A stretch of DNA of 64,000 nt from Octopus sinensis (taxonomy: Eukaryota): contig NC_043005.1 of NCBI RefSeq assembly GCF_006345805.1, positions 85,870,001-85,934,000 of the forward strand. Direction: 5' to 3'. Positions 41,936 to 55,404 of the stretch are shown here, piece by piece (the first letter of the stretch is position 1; each line of letters begins with the position of its first letter). The translations under genes were made by a program, and so were the position numbers. The notes below the pieces were generated by a model, which did no database searches, had not been told where the DNA came from, and saw nothing but the letters and a program-made list of their open reading frames with translations.

Positions 41936-43477
41936 TTATTATTATATTCATAATGGATAATAAGTAAATAAGACGACATAGAACACACACACAATCTTGA
42001 TTTATTTATACTCTCTCTTCGCTAGAAGATGAGTCACAATTGCCAAACGGCAATTAAGACCAGCTCGATATGAAAAGGCGGCATAATATAAAAGAAAATC
42101 GACAATTTCATGAAAACTGACATGTCATTAAGGAAAAACATGCTTATTGCCTGAAAATGAGGCGACACGATTTTCCGTCTTAGTAGGACTCATCAGCACT
42201 ATTGTTTTAAAGTATCGCCACCCGTCAAGACTCATAAATATATGCAAAAAGAGTTCTAACCATGCGGCGACAATTACAACAAACCAAGAATTTTTGTTGT
42301 ACTGCATTTGATAAAACTATCAATCTGTGTATTTACAAATTTCTTCTTCAAAAGGGAGGCCAAGCTTACTTAACAATTTCATTTGAACTTGTCGTTGATC
42401 GCACACCTATTACATCATGCACAGATCACCTGTGGATATGGTAATTACGTAAGTATGACTTCTTGAAACAACTGTCGAGATAAAACAATGCGTTATATAT
42501 TTTTCAGTATTTTATAATATGTATTTTGCGGGCGATGTAGATATATATCTCATACCAAACTGTGCTTTTCTATTCTACTACCTCCGTAACTGCTCGAATT
42601 GAATGCTGTGATGGCCACTTCCCCGCCGCCGCCCTTACTCTACATGAATGGTGCTTTCACCCACTCACCAATCTTTTCCTCCCCATTCTCTCTCTCATAA
42701 ACTCTCTCTCTTTATATATCTATATATACATGCATATCTCTATATATATGTAAATGTATATACACATATACATGCATCTATACACACTCACACACACACA
42801 TATATATATATGTGTGTGTGTATATATATATATATATATTTAATATATATATATATATATATGTATATATATTTAACTAATACTGTATGACTAACGATAA
42901 AATATTTTTTTAAATTGAGGATACACCACCCATTCTCTGTATTCTTTGTAATTGTTTGGTATATGTACACGCACATGTACGCCCACACACACAGATATAC
43001 CCACACACAAACACACACATACATGCCAACACACACGGTTGCACGAATACACACACATAGACACAAACTGACAAACATGCACGCACATATTTCGCTTAGT
43101 TATCTTTGACAGCCAACTATATACGTGCTTAGGCCCACACATTCCACTACAATCATATAATTTCACACAAACAGAACTCTTATACGTACGCCTCACAAGC
43201 GCAATACATTACATGCATACGCGCCGCATGGGTGACAAACTGAAATCTTAATCATACATCACTAACTAAACACGTCCCGAACACTTCAAGTGAAGGAAGG
43301 GCACTATATTCTGCCTGAATCCGCTTGAAATCGCTGCGAAGCATTTCATGGAACCCTCCTTATCTTCGTGAATATAGGATATTCTAGAAAACGGAGAAAG
43401 GCAATGGAAATTAATTAAAAATAGTATTGGATGAAGTTAAACTGACGACCACCAATATGTAACATTGTCAAACCGCC

Positions 43478-43512
<35 letters not shown>

Positions 43513-43782
43513 ACAATTCTCTCTGTCTTTCTCTCTCTATTTCTCTTTCTTTTTCTCCATGTCTCTCTTCCTCTCTCGCGTACTTTTCCCCTCGCAGTTT
43601 AATTGTTTGTATTACACGATTCCGTTTCTAAAACTTCATATTTTTAATATAATATCTTAAACTCTACACCTATTTCTCTGTACACACATGCACACACAAG
43701 AGTAAACCACTCCCCCACACTCATACACACTCAAACGCACAAACGAACACACACACACATATATATATATTGATAATTTTAG

Positions 43783-44332
43783 CATACGTCTACCAAGTAT
43801 TGTATAATGGATTCGAGGGTAAAAACCAATATATAATGTGTGGTGTGAGTGATTTCCCTAGGGATGGTTACAAATATTGAGAAAGAAGGACTTGCAAAGC
43901 CATAGTTCTTTGCGTGGTGGGGGTCAAATAACCATAGTATGAAACTTGTTTAGTGATTTATTAGCAATGCAACACACCCACCCACACACATTCTCTACTT
44001 AATGACAAGTAAGGGGCCACATCAAATGTCAAAGCTAAATGCATGTTATTGGTTGGTTTCACATAAAGTCTTCATTTCCAAAACGACTTCATACCGTGCA
44101 GAAAATGACCTTAAAAAGCCATAGGTGAAACAAAATATATTTTGTCGAACTAAGGGCTACAGATGAAATATTTTCAATCATGCATCCTTGTACTTTATTT
44201 TAAGCAGCCGGCTCAAAAGTAGTAGCTTTGCACTTCTCATCCACAGGAGCACCCATCGCACACACAAATACACACACACGCACATACATATATCGAACTA
44301 ATTATCTACTTATCTTCTATCTATCTATTTAC

Positions 44333-44423
<91 letters not shown>

Positions 44424-45448
44424 TCAACTTGCGTGTCTGTGTGTGTATCTGTGTGTGTGTCTGTGTGTTTAACTTCCCGGCACATCTCCTCCTAGCTAAC
44501 AAATCGTAGAACTACCAAAAATAGGTCACTTAAAGTTTAGGCGAATGAAAATTGAACTGCGCTATTTCTGTTCCGAAGTTCATCTGGCAAGTACAAAAAT
44601 CGATAATGTGTTTGTTTAGGCCTTGTCCCATGTATTGAATAGGGAACTTTACTCAGTCAGCTGTTTGACGTGAACTGTGTTCACCGCGCGTGCAAGCATG
44701 CGTAAATTGCATGAAAAATGAAAAAAATCAAGATATAAAAACGAATCGCCGTAAACATTGTAGAAATTCGGCCAAGAAATGAATTTTCGGGATGTAGGCT
44801 GGATGATTTTTGCGTATTAATCGTTTGGACTTTGTGAACACATACCAATTGTTTTCATAACATTTTTAACGCTTTGAATTAAATGTGACCATTTTGCGTT
44901 GTGTCTGCAGTTTGAATCACTTTAACCAAATTTTAGCAGGCCGGATTTTTGTTGATTACGATACATCGCCAGCGACTCCCTGAAACTCTCCCCTGAAATC
45001 TCCGTTGAGAAATACTGATCTAAAAGAATAATTCAACAATGCAATTATTTGATCAACAAAAATATATAAATAAAACTGAAGTTGTCTGTGTATGGCAGGT
45101 TTGGTAGCCTTCAACTAACACTATCTCCTCCAAGACCCTGCGGCGCAAGTTGACCAAAATTGAGCGTATGATAGAAGAAAGCTTGCTCTTCCCTCCGTAG
45201 AAGAAAAAATTCAAATCGGACCATGTTAAGACCAAAAATTATTTACATCAAAAAGGTATGCTTTTTTCTATGAAAATCCTTATTTTTTAACGATTTTTTG
45301 ACTGTTGTGTCGCAATTTTTCGGTGTATTCAACCAGAAAACTGTTCACTTAAAGAGAATAACAAGCTACATAATGAAAAATTTTTACTTTTCAAAAATTC
45401 TAATTCTAAAGGGTCGAAACAAACCCTAGCAACGCCGGGCGATACTGC

Positions 45449-45508
<60 letters not shown>

Positions 45509-46598
45509 GTGTGCAGAGTCCTGTTACCAGATAAAGGGTCTTTCAGCAGCCATCCTCTTTACCCAGGGCAGCACTACCTCCTCCAGGCTCCTGATATAAT
45601 CCTCCGTGTTGAGTGTGAGGCGTACAGGTAGTTGGTTGGAGGCATAACGTCACCATCACTAATGATCACTCCAAACACCATGATGTTGACTGGATGTTTT
45701 GATTATTATCCCTCTCGGTACATTCTTAGATTGCCCAGTCCTCAGATTCACACCTAAACACTGAAATATTTGTATTGAATCTTCCGGCGCAAATGCCAAG
45801 CAATACAACGTATCGTTTCCAAATTTCTTGTCATGGTGGCGTTTCTCTCACAGCCGGTGTCCAACTGACTCTACTATACTTTGTAGTCGACAAAATCCCA
45901 AACAAGCAATGCGCATACTCGAAATTAAGAATATAAAAGGGTGACAATTTATCGATCGCACCTTGTATATTGTGGAAGCACTCCGTCGATTACGACGACG
46001 AGGGTTCCGGTTGATCCGAATCAACAGAACAGCCTGCTCGTGAAATTAACGTGTAAGTGGCTGAGCACTCCACAGACACGTGTACGCTTAACGTAGTTCT
46101 CGGGGATATTCAGCGTGACACAGAGAGTGACAAGGCAGGCCCTTAGAAATACAAGTACAACAGAAACAGGAAGTAAGAGTGAGAGAAAGTTGTGGTGAAA
46201 GAGTACGGCAGGGATCACCACCATCCCCTGCCGGAGCCTCGTGGAGCTTTAGGTGTTTTCGCTCAATAAACACTCACAACGCCCGGTCTGGGAATCGAAA
46301 CCGCGATCCTATGACCGCGAGTCCGCTGCCCTAACCACTGGGCCATTGCGCCTCCAAACCTTGTATATTATATTACGTAATATATACATATATATATATT
46401 GTGTTACACACAAGCACACATACATAATACATACATACATCGCACATATGCACCAACACACATGGTTACGCGTTTGCTACGTGACTGTCACTTTCTTTCG
46501 CCTGCCTTTGTCTCTCTTTATTTCCTAAATTATTCCCTTTTGCGCCCCCCTCTCATTATATATATATATGAGAGAGAGAGATAGAGAGAACGGCAGAA

Positions 46599-46641
<43 letters not shown>

Positions 46642-47112
46642 GGTATGTATGTATGTATGTATGTATGTATGTATATTGTTCCTTTCTGTTTCGGTATATA
46701 AAGAGATCTCCATCTATGACTCTCATGCAGTCTTTACGTTTCCTGTTTTCCAGCTTCTTTCTCTTAGGTGTTTTCGCTCAATAAACACTCACAACGCCCG
46801 GTCTGGGAATCGAAACCGCGATCCTATGACCGCGAGTCCGCTGCCCTAACCACTGGGCCATTGCGCCTCCAACCTTGTATATTATATTACGTAATATATA
46901 CATATATATATATTGTGTTACACACAAGCACACATACATAATACATACATACATCGCACATATGCACCAACACACATGGTTACGCGTTTGCTACGTGACT
47001 GTCACTTTCTTTCGCCTGCCTTTGTCTCTCTTTATTTCCTAAATTATTCCCTTTTGCGCCCCCCTCTCATTATATATATATATGAGAGAGAGAGATAGAG
47101 AGAACGGCAGAA

Positions 47113-47159
<47 letters not shown>

Positions 47160-47911
47160 GGTATGTATGTATGTATGTATGTATGTATGTATATTGTTCC
47201 TTTCTGTTTCGGTATATAAAGAGATCTCCATCTATGACTCTCATGCAGTCTTTACGTTTCCTGTTTTCCAGCTTCTTTCTCTCTCCTTTCTTTTCTTTTT
47301 CAGTACACGCACCACATTTTATTCCTTCAATCTTTACTTTACAATCTCTTTGATCTGGATGTGTCTTTGCATCCTCTTCGGTATATCCTCGAAATCTCTT
47401 TTTTGCTATATTATTTATTGCCATCGCCTTTGTTGTTCTTGAAGATTATGTTTATATTTTCGATATTTTTATTTAGAGCCACGTTAGCCTTGATTGAACT
47501 CTCGTTTAACAACTTGGTACTATCGTAGAATGACAAGGTTAGATCCACCTAACCATTGTTAAATTATATAAAGACACTTACATTTATGTTTAACGCCTTC
47601 TTCTACGCTAACGCACGAAAGTCGTTCGTTGCGAGATTCTATTCCACGTAAAACTCCCTTTCTTTAAAAAACAAGATTGTTGAGCGTGAACTTCTGTATA
47701 TAGCAAATAACAAACAATACATTTGCTGGTGAGTACTGAACTTAGCCAGGCTAAGATTAAATTAGCATAAGAGCACGAAACAGCAAGGATCAGAATAATG
47801 GTATAGCTGTAATTTTTATCAGGTTACGAACCATTAGATATGAATGGTATTCGTTGCAGTACTCTGTCTCTGGGAAAAAATCACTATATATAGATTTTAT
47901 GTGTAAAAAAT
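43783..47911 (+). CDS. Tentative three-exon model (43783-43844, 47704-47728, 47823-47911) for the C-terminal ~59 aa of a small Cys-containing protein
   Basis: Canonical AG and GTGAGT sites, compatible phases (1-0, 0-1, 1-stop), 94-nt last intron, open frame [58 protein letters not shown]; no start exon established, no homology recognised. Confidence 0.25.
44413..45451 (+). mobile_element. Non-autonomous Helitron, two modules (second starts about 45063)
   Basis: ATATATAAAAC..TGTCTGT starts; 3' hairpin remnant CCCTAGCAACGCCGGG followed by CTAG|T at 45448-45452. Confidence 0.8.
45510..45705 (-). pseudogene. maT/DD37D-type Tc1/mariner transposase fragment
   Basis: [53 protein letters not shown]. 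Confidence 0.8.
46249..47281. repeat. Near-identical tandem duplication, period 515 bp (46249-46763 / 46764-47281)
   Basis: Copies differ only in microsatellite lengths and one homopolymer base, by eye. Confidence 0.9.
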
Positions 47912-48460
47912 AACGAGTCAAGCACCACTGTGCATCGGAGCGATTTCGACTCACAAGTAGCAGAAAACGACTCGTTTACTTGGAACTAGGACTTAGCCTT
48001 TGTTCTTATATACATATACTTAAATATATAGTAAACAATGAACAATACATTTCTTGATGTGTAATGAGGCTGGTCCCGCCCAACCGGTGACAATAACATG
48101 TAACACAATATGTTAAACAATTATTGTATGGAGTGATATTTTTTAATGATAATTTGTGACGTTTTTCTGAGTTTTTTTTTGCGTATACCACATACTAATA
48201 TATATGTAACTTGATAGAATCATTATCAGAGGCACAGACACAAATTCACAGTAATATAATGCGCATGCACGAATATATAGTTCTGTTTAAAAAATATTCC
48301 TAAATCCACTAAAATGTAAACGAGAGAGCTAGTTATGCAGACATGCAAAAATATGTGATGCTGTGTGTGTGAGTGTATACATATATGTATGTATGTATAT
48401 ACATTCCAATAGCGAAACAGAGAGAGAGAGGGATGATTTCAATACAACTCGTACACACAA

Positions 48461-48493
<33 letters not shown>

Positions 48494-48822
48494 TGTATGT
48501 ATGTATGTATGTATGTATGTATGTATGTATGTATGTATGTATGTATGTATATATCACAGTGGACTCTACTCTTGATGAGAAATCCTTGCAATATACTAGG
48601 ACGTCAAAAAATGTCAGACGCCATGATAGATCGTTTCCACTACACACATTTTTTATTCTCCTTGTTTCTCTCCTTGTTTTTTCTGTGTCCCTTTCTGTAG
48701 AAGAGCGTAGGCTCGAAACGTAAAAGACAGTTTCTATTCCTGAGTGTTATATTAATACATCTGTTTGTTTTGTACACTACCTGTCTTCGTCTTTTGTTTT
48801 TTTCGTAAACTCTCCCTCTGTA

Positions 48823-48854
<32 letters not shown>

Positions 48855-48866
48855 AATATCATATAT

Positions 48867-48922
<56 letters not shown>

Positions 48923-48996
48923 ATGTATATATACTCACGTTCATATACACACATACTTATATGTTTCTGTAAAAATAGGAGTCCGTATATTATGTT

Positions 48997-49041
<45 letters not shown>

Positions 49042-50814
49042 ATACATACATATGTATATATATGTATATACATACATATATACATATATATATGCAAATA
49101 TGCATTTATATACACATACATACAGACACACACACACTTACACACATGCTTTTATGGGTATATATAGAAAGATAGCAAGATAAATGAATATACATTGCTC
49201 AGTCTCTCTTCCTCCCTCCCTTCTTTCTTCCTTCTTTCTCCCTCTCTCTCTCTTTCCCTTCTTTTCTTCCTCCATCTCCTCCTCTTTCGTCCTCATTCCC
49301 ACTGTATATCTCTTCTCCTCCATTCGCCTCACTTTCCACTCTATCTGTGCCTCCCTATCTGTCACTCTCTTTCTCTCCCCTCCACTCACAGCTTTCTCTG
49401 AATATATGTGGTTGTGTCAATAAATATGTAAGCAAATATATTTTCACTCCTTGCACATTAATAACCATTTCCGCCAGCCTCTTGTTATTTATGGCAACGA
49501 TTAATTCAAATCATTTCAATATATTTTATCATTTCCCTACTGAACTAAACGAAAATCGTTCTTTTAATGATATACAACATATTATAATCTTACATTAATT
49601 ATCCGCTTAGATATGCATTCACTAATCTTACAGTTTGAAAATTCAAATTATTAGACCGATTTTTTTTCATCTGATTTTTAGATACCATTTCCTTATAAGG
49701 ATAAAATTTTCTAAATTTTTCCTGCTTTAAAATTCTGAAACGAATTCTATCATTAAAATATTTCTAAAGTGCTCCCAACGGAATTATATATTTAATTATT
49801 TCTACAGAATAAATATATCTCTGCTTACGTTTTCACATTCATGTTATGTGCTCACTCCATCGAACCTACGAGTTTATGTCTATAACGTACATACATGCAC
49901 GCACATACATACACACATATTAAGCACCATATTACTCATTCCTTCTTCACACTGTGATCGGTCGAAAGACAGAATTTAAGGAAATCCATAAGATGATCAC
50001 TGGTTGGACTTTCCCCTCTCCACGACGAATTCTCTGTACTTTTTCTTTCTCGATTTTACTTAAAATACTTTTTGCTAATTTCTGCTCACTGGACGAGAAT
50101 ACCGTAATTACAATGGCCTCTAAGACAAATTTTACACTTAAAGATCATAAACACTATCTTATACATTGTTCTTTTCCTATCAATCAAGCCTTGTAAATGT
50201 CACGCAGGTTCCTTGCGTAAACGTACTGTATACAAAATGGCATCCTTCCTTAAAGCTGTATCATGTTAAATCTTCTGGATTAATATCTTAGCTGTAATAT
50301 GGCGGTCCATCCTTATCCTGAATAACACCAATATCTCGTTCTATAATTAGGTATTACATAGTCTTATATAATAATCCCAAAATAACTAATAGCTAACCCT
50401 TGAATTCAATCGAAATTATTGACTACAAACAAAGACCTAAACGTTAATGTAATTTTCGTTGCAGGATATAATAATGGTGCAAGTAAATTAGATTTTATAT
50501 AGGGATGGGATCTATTTGATCTGAGTATGGCAGCTAAGGGTCTCAGTTAAAATCAATGATGTTTATGCCTATAGATTCGGAATAAATTAAATTCTAAATT
50601 CCTTTACATCAAATGGGGATTTTACAGAGATAAGGTCCTTTAATTATTAAACAACATTAACTACCCTACAAAACTGTAGGTTTACGATAACCTACAGGTC
50701 TTCTTTAAAGAGTCAGATTTTTAAATCTTTAAAGACACCCGTTTCTAAATCACATTCCCTTCCATCATGACTTTGATAGACATAGCACTTTACCACAACA
50801 CCACCCTCTTTACA

Positions 50815-50949
50815 TTATCTACAGATATTTGTCTTCATCTTGTTTGTTGTTTGTCTTCATCATGTTTGCTCATATACCCTCCAGCCTTCATCAGGTGTCA
50901 TGGAGAAATTTCGAACCTGGGTTCTCATTCCTAAGGTATTTTTTCAATG

Positions 50950-50999
<50 letters not shown>

Positions 51000-51095
51000 G
51001 CTATTATTGTTATTATTATTATTAAGATCATCGCCTAGAATCGAACTAGGAACCTTGGGGTTAGTATCCTTAACCACTACGCTATATGCCCGTAG
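50815..51095 (-). mobile_element. Composite repeat: tRNA-like head, (AAT)n, Penelope-type tail with half a hammerhead
   Basis: Minus strand GACAC-CTGATGA-AGGCTGG at about 50899-50881 with the GAAA half lost; related fragment at about 15590-15720. Confidence 0.6.
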
Positions 51096-52772
51096 GCAAA
51101 TATCGGGTGAATTTTAGGGCTTATAAATGTAACTAATGTACATAATACCTCATCTCTTAAATATAGAACACCACCCTATATTCTCCTTATAGTAAACAAA
51201 ATAAAACTTTGCATTCCGTACAGAAATTTTACAACCAACGAATGGCTGTCATTTACTAAGAATTAAGAAGCTAATTCTCTCTCAAACCAAACTATACTGT
51301 CTTGGAGATATCATTAACATACATACATCGATATGGCAACAACTATGGTAGCTTCGGTTCTTTTGTTGACTTGAAACTGAATATCAAAATTGTTATATGT
51401 AAATAGGAGATTCAATACAAACAACAACAGCAGCAACAACAACCGTTCAAGAATTTGGACCTGGAGATCTCCATTTCCAGTGACTTCGAGGGCCACCTCT
51501 CAGGGGTGCCAGGCGTCAACGAAGAGCTCTCGACTACAACAAGACGCCCAAAGTGTTTTTTTTCCAAGGCCTGGGATCTCCCGACCCTAAGCTCTAGACT
51601 ATCACCTAATCACCCTTACCCGTCTTGTTGCTTAACAACAACAACAGCAGCCGCAGCAGCAGCAGCAACAACAACAACGAAAACATCCACAACAATAAAA
51701 TGTTTGACAATAACATAAAAATAGCATTAATACCAATATCATGTGTCACATGATAATTGATGTGTTGGACTACCTCTAAGATTTTCTTATGTACATACAC
51801 TAAGCATTCTTGATTCTGAACAAATTATCTTCTGTTGGAAACTTTGGTAATCACAGATCAAAATTCGTTTAATTCAAAAGTTCTTTTCATTTATTCTTTT
51901 ATGTTTCAGCCCAATGACTGTGGCCATGCTGGAGCACCGCCATCAATATTTGCACTATTTGTGCTTGAGTTTTAAAACTTCTTATGCACAAATATTATCT
52001 ACAATATTCTGCACTATACAAACGTGGCACTCCGTCGGTTACGACGATGTTATAGTTGATCTGATCAAAGGAACGGCCTCCTCGTGAAATCAGCTGAGTA
52101 CTCCACAGACAAATATACACCTTACTGTAATTCCCAGGAACGTTCAGCATGACAGAGAATGTGACAAGGCTTGCACTTTGAAATACAAGTGAGACTCATT
52201 TTTGTCAGCTGAGTGATCTGGAGCAGAGTGCAATAAAGTGTCTTGCTGAAGGACACAATTCGCAGCCGGGACTCGAACACACACCTTACGATCTTGAGCC
52301 GAACACCCTAACCACTAGGCCACTTGCCTTCTCATTTCTAATATACATTCTTGGAAAAAGTAAGCATTTCTCCTAAGGAGGGATGTTAAGGATCTCCACC
52401 TTGTTCGTGTTGAGAGATGTCCAGTTTGAGTACTAAGCATTCAGAACGCTCACAAGGGCCCTATTTGTTTTCTGTTGATGTTCATAGTGTGTGTGGTGTA
52501 GACATATTTTGTGATATCCTTCATGTGAACAATGCTTGTTTTGTTTATCTGTGGAAGAAGATAAAAATGGCAGAAGCACTAACGAAAACTAATGAAGAAT
52601 AATAAAGAAATTATTTCAAGGCAACTTTCATTGACAAAGCAGTGCTGTGTTTACGAACAATGGAACAGCAAACGACGCTCGAGCAGCAACATAATGAGGA
52701 ACGAATAGCTTTACTAATAACAGTCAAACCAATATAACAACAACAATAATGATGATTATGATGATGATGATG

Positions 52773-52879
<107 letters not shown>

Positions 52880-52884
52880 TTTAT

Positions 52885-53005
52885 TAATTGACATGATCAC
52901 ATACAGCGGCGAAAGAATTTGACAAGATGAGTAAATATAAAGACTTGCTAATAGAAATTGAAAGAAAATGTGGCATATCAAGGCAACTACAGTGCCAGTG
53001 ATTGT
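52885..53005 (+). mobile_element. Short R4/Dong endonuclease fragment directly after (AAT)n
   Basis: AKEFDKMSKYKDLLIEIE..MWHIKATTVPVIV matches ORF 639..1373. Confidence 0.85.
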
Positions 53006-53604
53006 ACTGCAGTACTATTTTGTGACACACATGGTAGAAAATTGGAGGGAAATACGTATTCACTCGTCTATATAAATGTGGATATGCTGATTAGCTTTTA
53101 TATGTTCCGATGACGCTTGGTCGGAAATATAAGGGGTAAATTTTCCTAGCATTTTCAGATTTAGGATTATCGAAATATTATGTTGATAACGGGAATGAAT
53201 CTTATAATTCTCATCCAGAAACGTGTCCACAATTAATCGAAGACTGTTCGATTTCATTATTTTTCTTCTTTTTTGCCATGTGTGAGTTACAAATATTGTT
53301 ATCTGTGGAGACATATTTTTGTAGAAAAAAGAAATAGCAGTCTTTTGGCTGCTATTTCTAAAGTTTTCGGTATGTGGTCAAGCAACTTGTTGCTAAAGCC
53401 TTATTTTTATAGTTATATATAAAAAAAACCTTTGGTATAAGTTTTTACCGAATATGGTTCTTTTCCATACCGAAAAACTACTAGGTGAAATTTGTTAATT
53501 TTATTAAATTAATAATCTTTCACCCTATATCTGTAATGATTAGTATATATATAAATATATATATATATGTGTGTGTGTGTATGTATGTATATGTATATAT
53601 ATAC

Positions 53605-53636
<32 letters not shown>

Positions 53637-54169
53637 ATTATATGTATTATGTGTCTTTGTTTGTCACCCCACCATTGCTTGAGACTGATATTGGTGTGTT
53701 TTCGTCTCCGTAACTTAGCGGCTCGGTAAAAGAGACCGATAGAATAAGTAGCAGGCTTCCAAAAAACAAGCACTGGAATCGATTTGTTCGACTAAAGGCG
53801 TTGCTCTAGCATGGCCGCAGTCAAATGACTGAAACAAATGAAGGAGTAAGAAGATAACTTCAGAGACATTCCTACGCAGAACAACGACCATTGTGTCAAC
53901 ACGGAATGTAATGACAACAACAACGTCTGTTAGTAAGAAGAATAACAACAACATTAGCAACGAAAACAAGAACGGTATTTCTGTAAACAGTAACTGGAAC
54001 AAAACAGATTTCAATAATTAGAAATTGATTTCTCAATACCGGAAGAAAGAAGGAACATGGAGAAAGGAGACATCTTCAGTGCCAACAGCAAAATGGCTGT
54101 TGTGACTGTCAAAAATTATGGGAAAATAAAATACGACGAATATTGTGACAATAATAGTTATTATTGTTG

Positions 54170-54790
54170 AGATCATCATCATCGTTATCATTGTCAAAGA
54201 GGTGGTCACAGTCGTCATCGTTACTACCAGCAGCACCACAAGAACTACCGGCACGAGGACCACCACCATCTTCATCATTATCATCATCATCAACATCATC
54301 ATTGAAATTAATAGAAACATCAACAGAAAGAGTAAAAAGAGAAAAGGTGACAACAAGGCTTACAACAAATATATCAGCGAAAGACATCTGATTTGTTGAC
54401 GTAATCGAATATAATCGACATGAAAACCAACATCCGCTATCATCATCATCATCATCGTAGTCATCATCATCATCATCGTCGTCGACATTATCATCATCAT
54501 CACCACCACCACCATCATCATCACCATCATCATCATCACTATCATCATCATCATCACCATTATCATTATAACCACCATTATCATCACCATCATCATTATC
54601 ATCATCACCACCACCACCACCACCACCATCATCATCACCATCATCATCCTCATCATCATCATTATCATCATCATCATCATCGTCGTCGTCGTCGTCGTCG
54701 TCATCAACCTCACCATTAATGTCTTCAGTCTCACCATCTTCGTCGCTATCGTCTTTGTCGTTGTCATAACAACACGTGCCAACACCAACT
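54170..54790. repeat. Degenerate (ATC)n/(ACC)n/(GTC)n repeats; similar block at 62695-63045
   Basis: Direct reading; poly-H/M/D/I ORFs are artefacts. Confidence 0.9.
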
Positions 54791-55034
54791 GCAGTAATAC
54801 TGCTCAGAAGACAGTCCTAACTGAAGTGTTGGGTGGGGGTGGGGGGGTCAGTCTATTAGAACAGAGACCTTCATGTTGGGGCTCCAGCATGGCCACAGTC
54901 TTATGACCGAAACGAATACAGTATAAAGGAACTGCGTCTAACCAGTCAAAAAGAAATTATTTTCCCCAGTAACTCACAAGGTTTTGTTTCCCAAACGAAA
55001 CTCTTTTTCTTCTCGTATCTTTGAGAAAAGCTTT

Positions 55035-55400
55035 TTATATAAATATAGAGGGAAAATCATATTATATATAAAGGAAAATGGATATCATGCATAGAGAGAG
55101 GATAAATGATATTATATAAATATAGAGGAAACAGGATATTACATCAAACAGGTTATAATATAAATATAGAGGAAACATGGTATTACATCAAAAAAGATAT
55201 TATTTAAATATAGAGGAAAGGGATATTATATAAATATAGAGGATAAAGGATATTATATAGAGAAGAAAAAGGATATTATATAAATATAGAGGAAAAATGA
55301 TGTTATAAAAATGTAGAGGAAAAAGAATATTATTTGAACATAGAAGGAAAATGATATTATATTGATATAAAGGAAAATAGATTTTATATGAATATAGAGA
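55035..55400. repeat. Minisatellite, about 27-bp unit GATATTATATAAATATAGAGGAAAAAG, roughly 13 degenerate copies
   Basis: Direct reading. Confidence 0.85.
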
Positions 55401-55404
55401 ATCT

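Noticed and set aside
47581-47661. Possible minus-strand exon [26 protein letters not shown] ending at GTAAGT
   Set aside because: No partner exons or homology; expected by chance.
51425-51610. GC-richer fragment that might be a CRE-clade retrotransposon C-terminus
   Set aside because: Motifs appear only after several assumed frameshifts.
52400-52730. MEQQTTLEQQHNEERIALL, resembling an LTR-retrotransposon gag start
   Set aside because: No LTR, PBS or downstream gag/pol motif.
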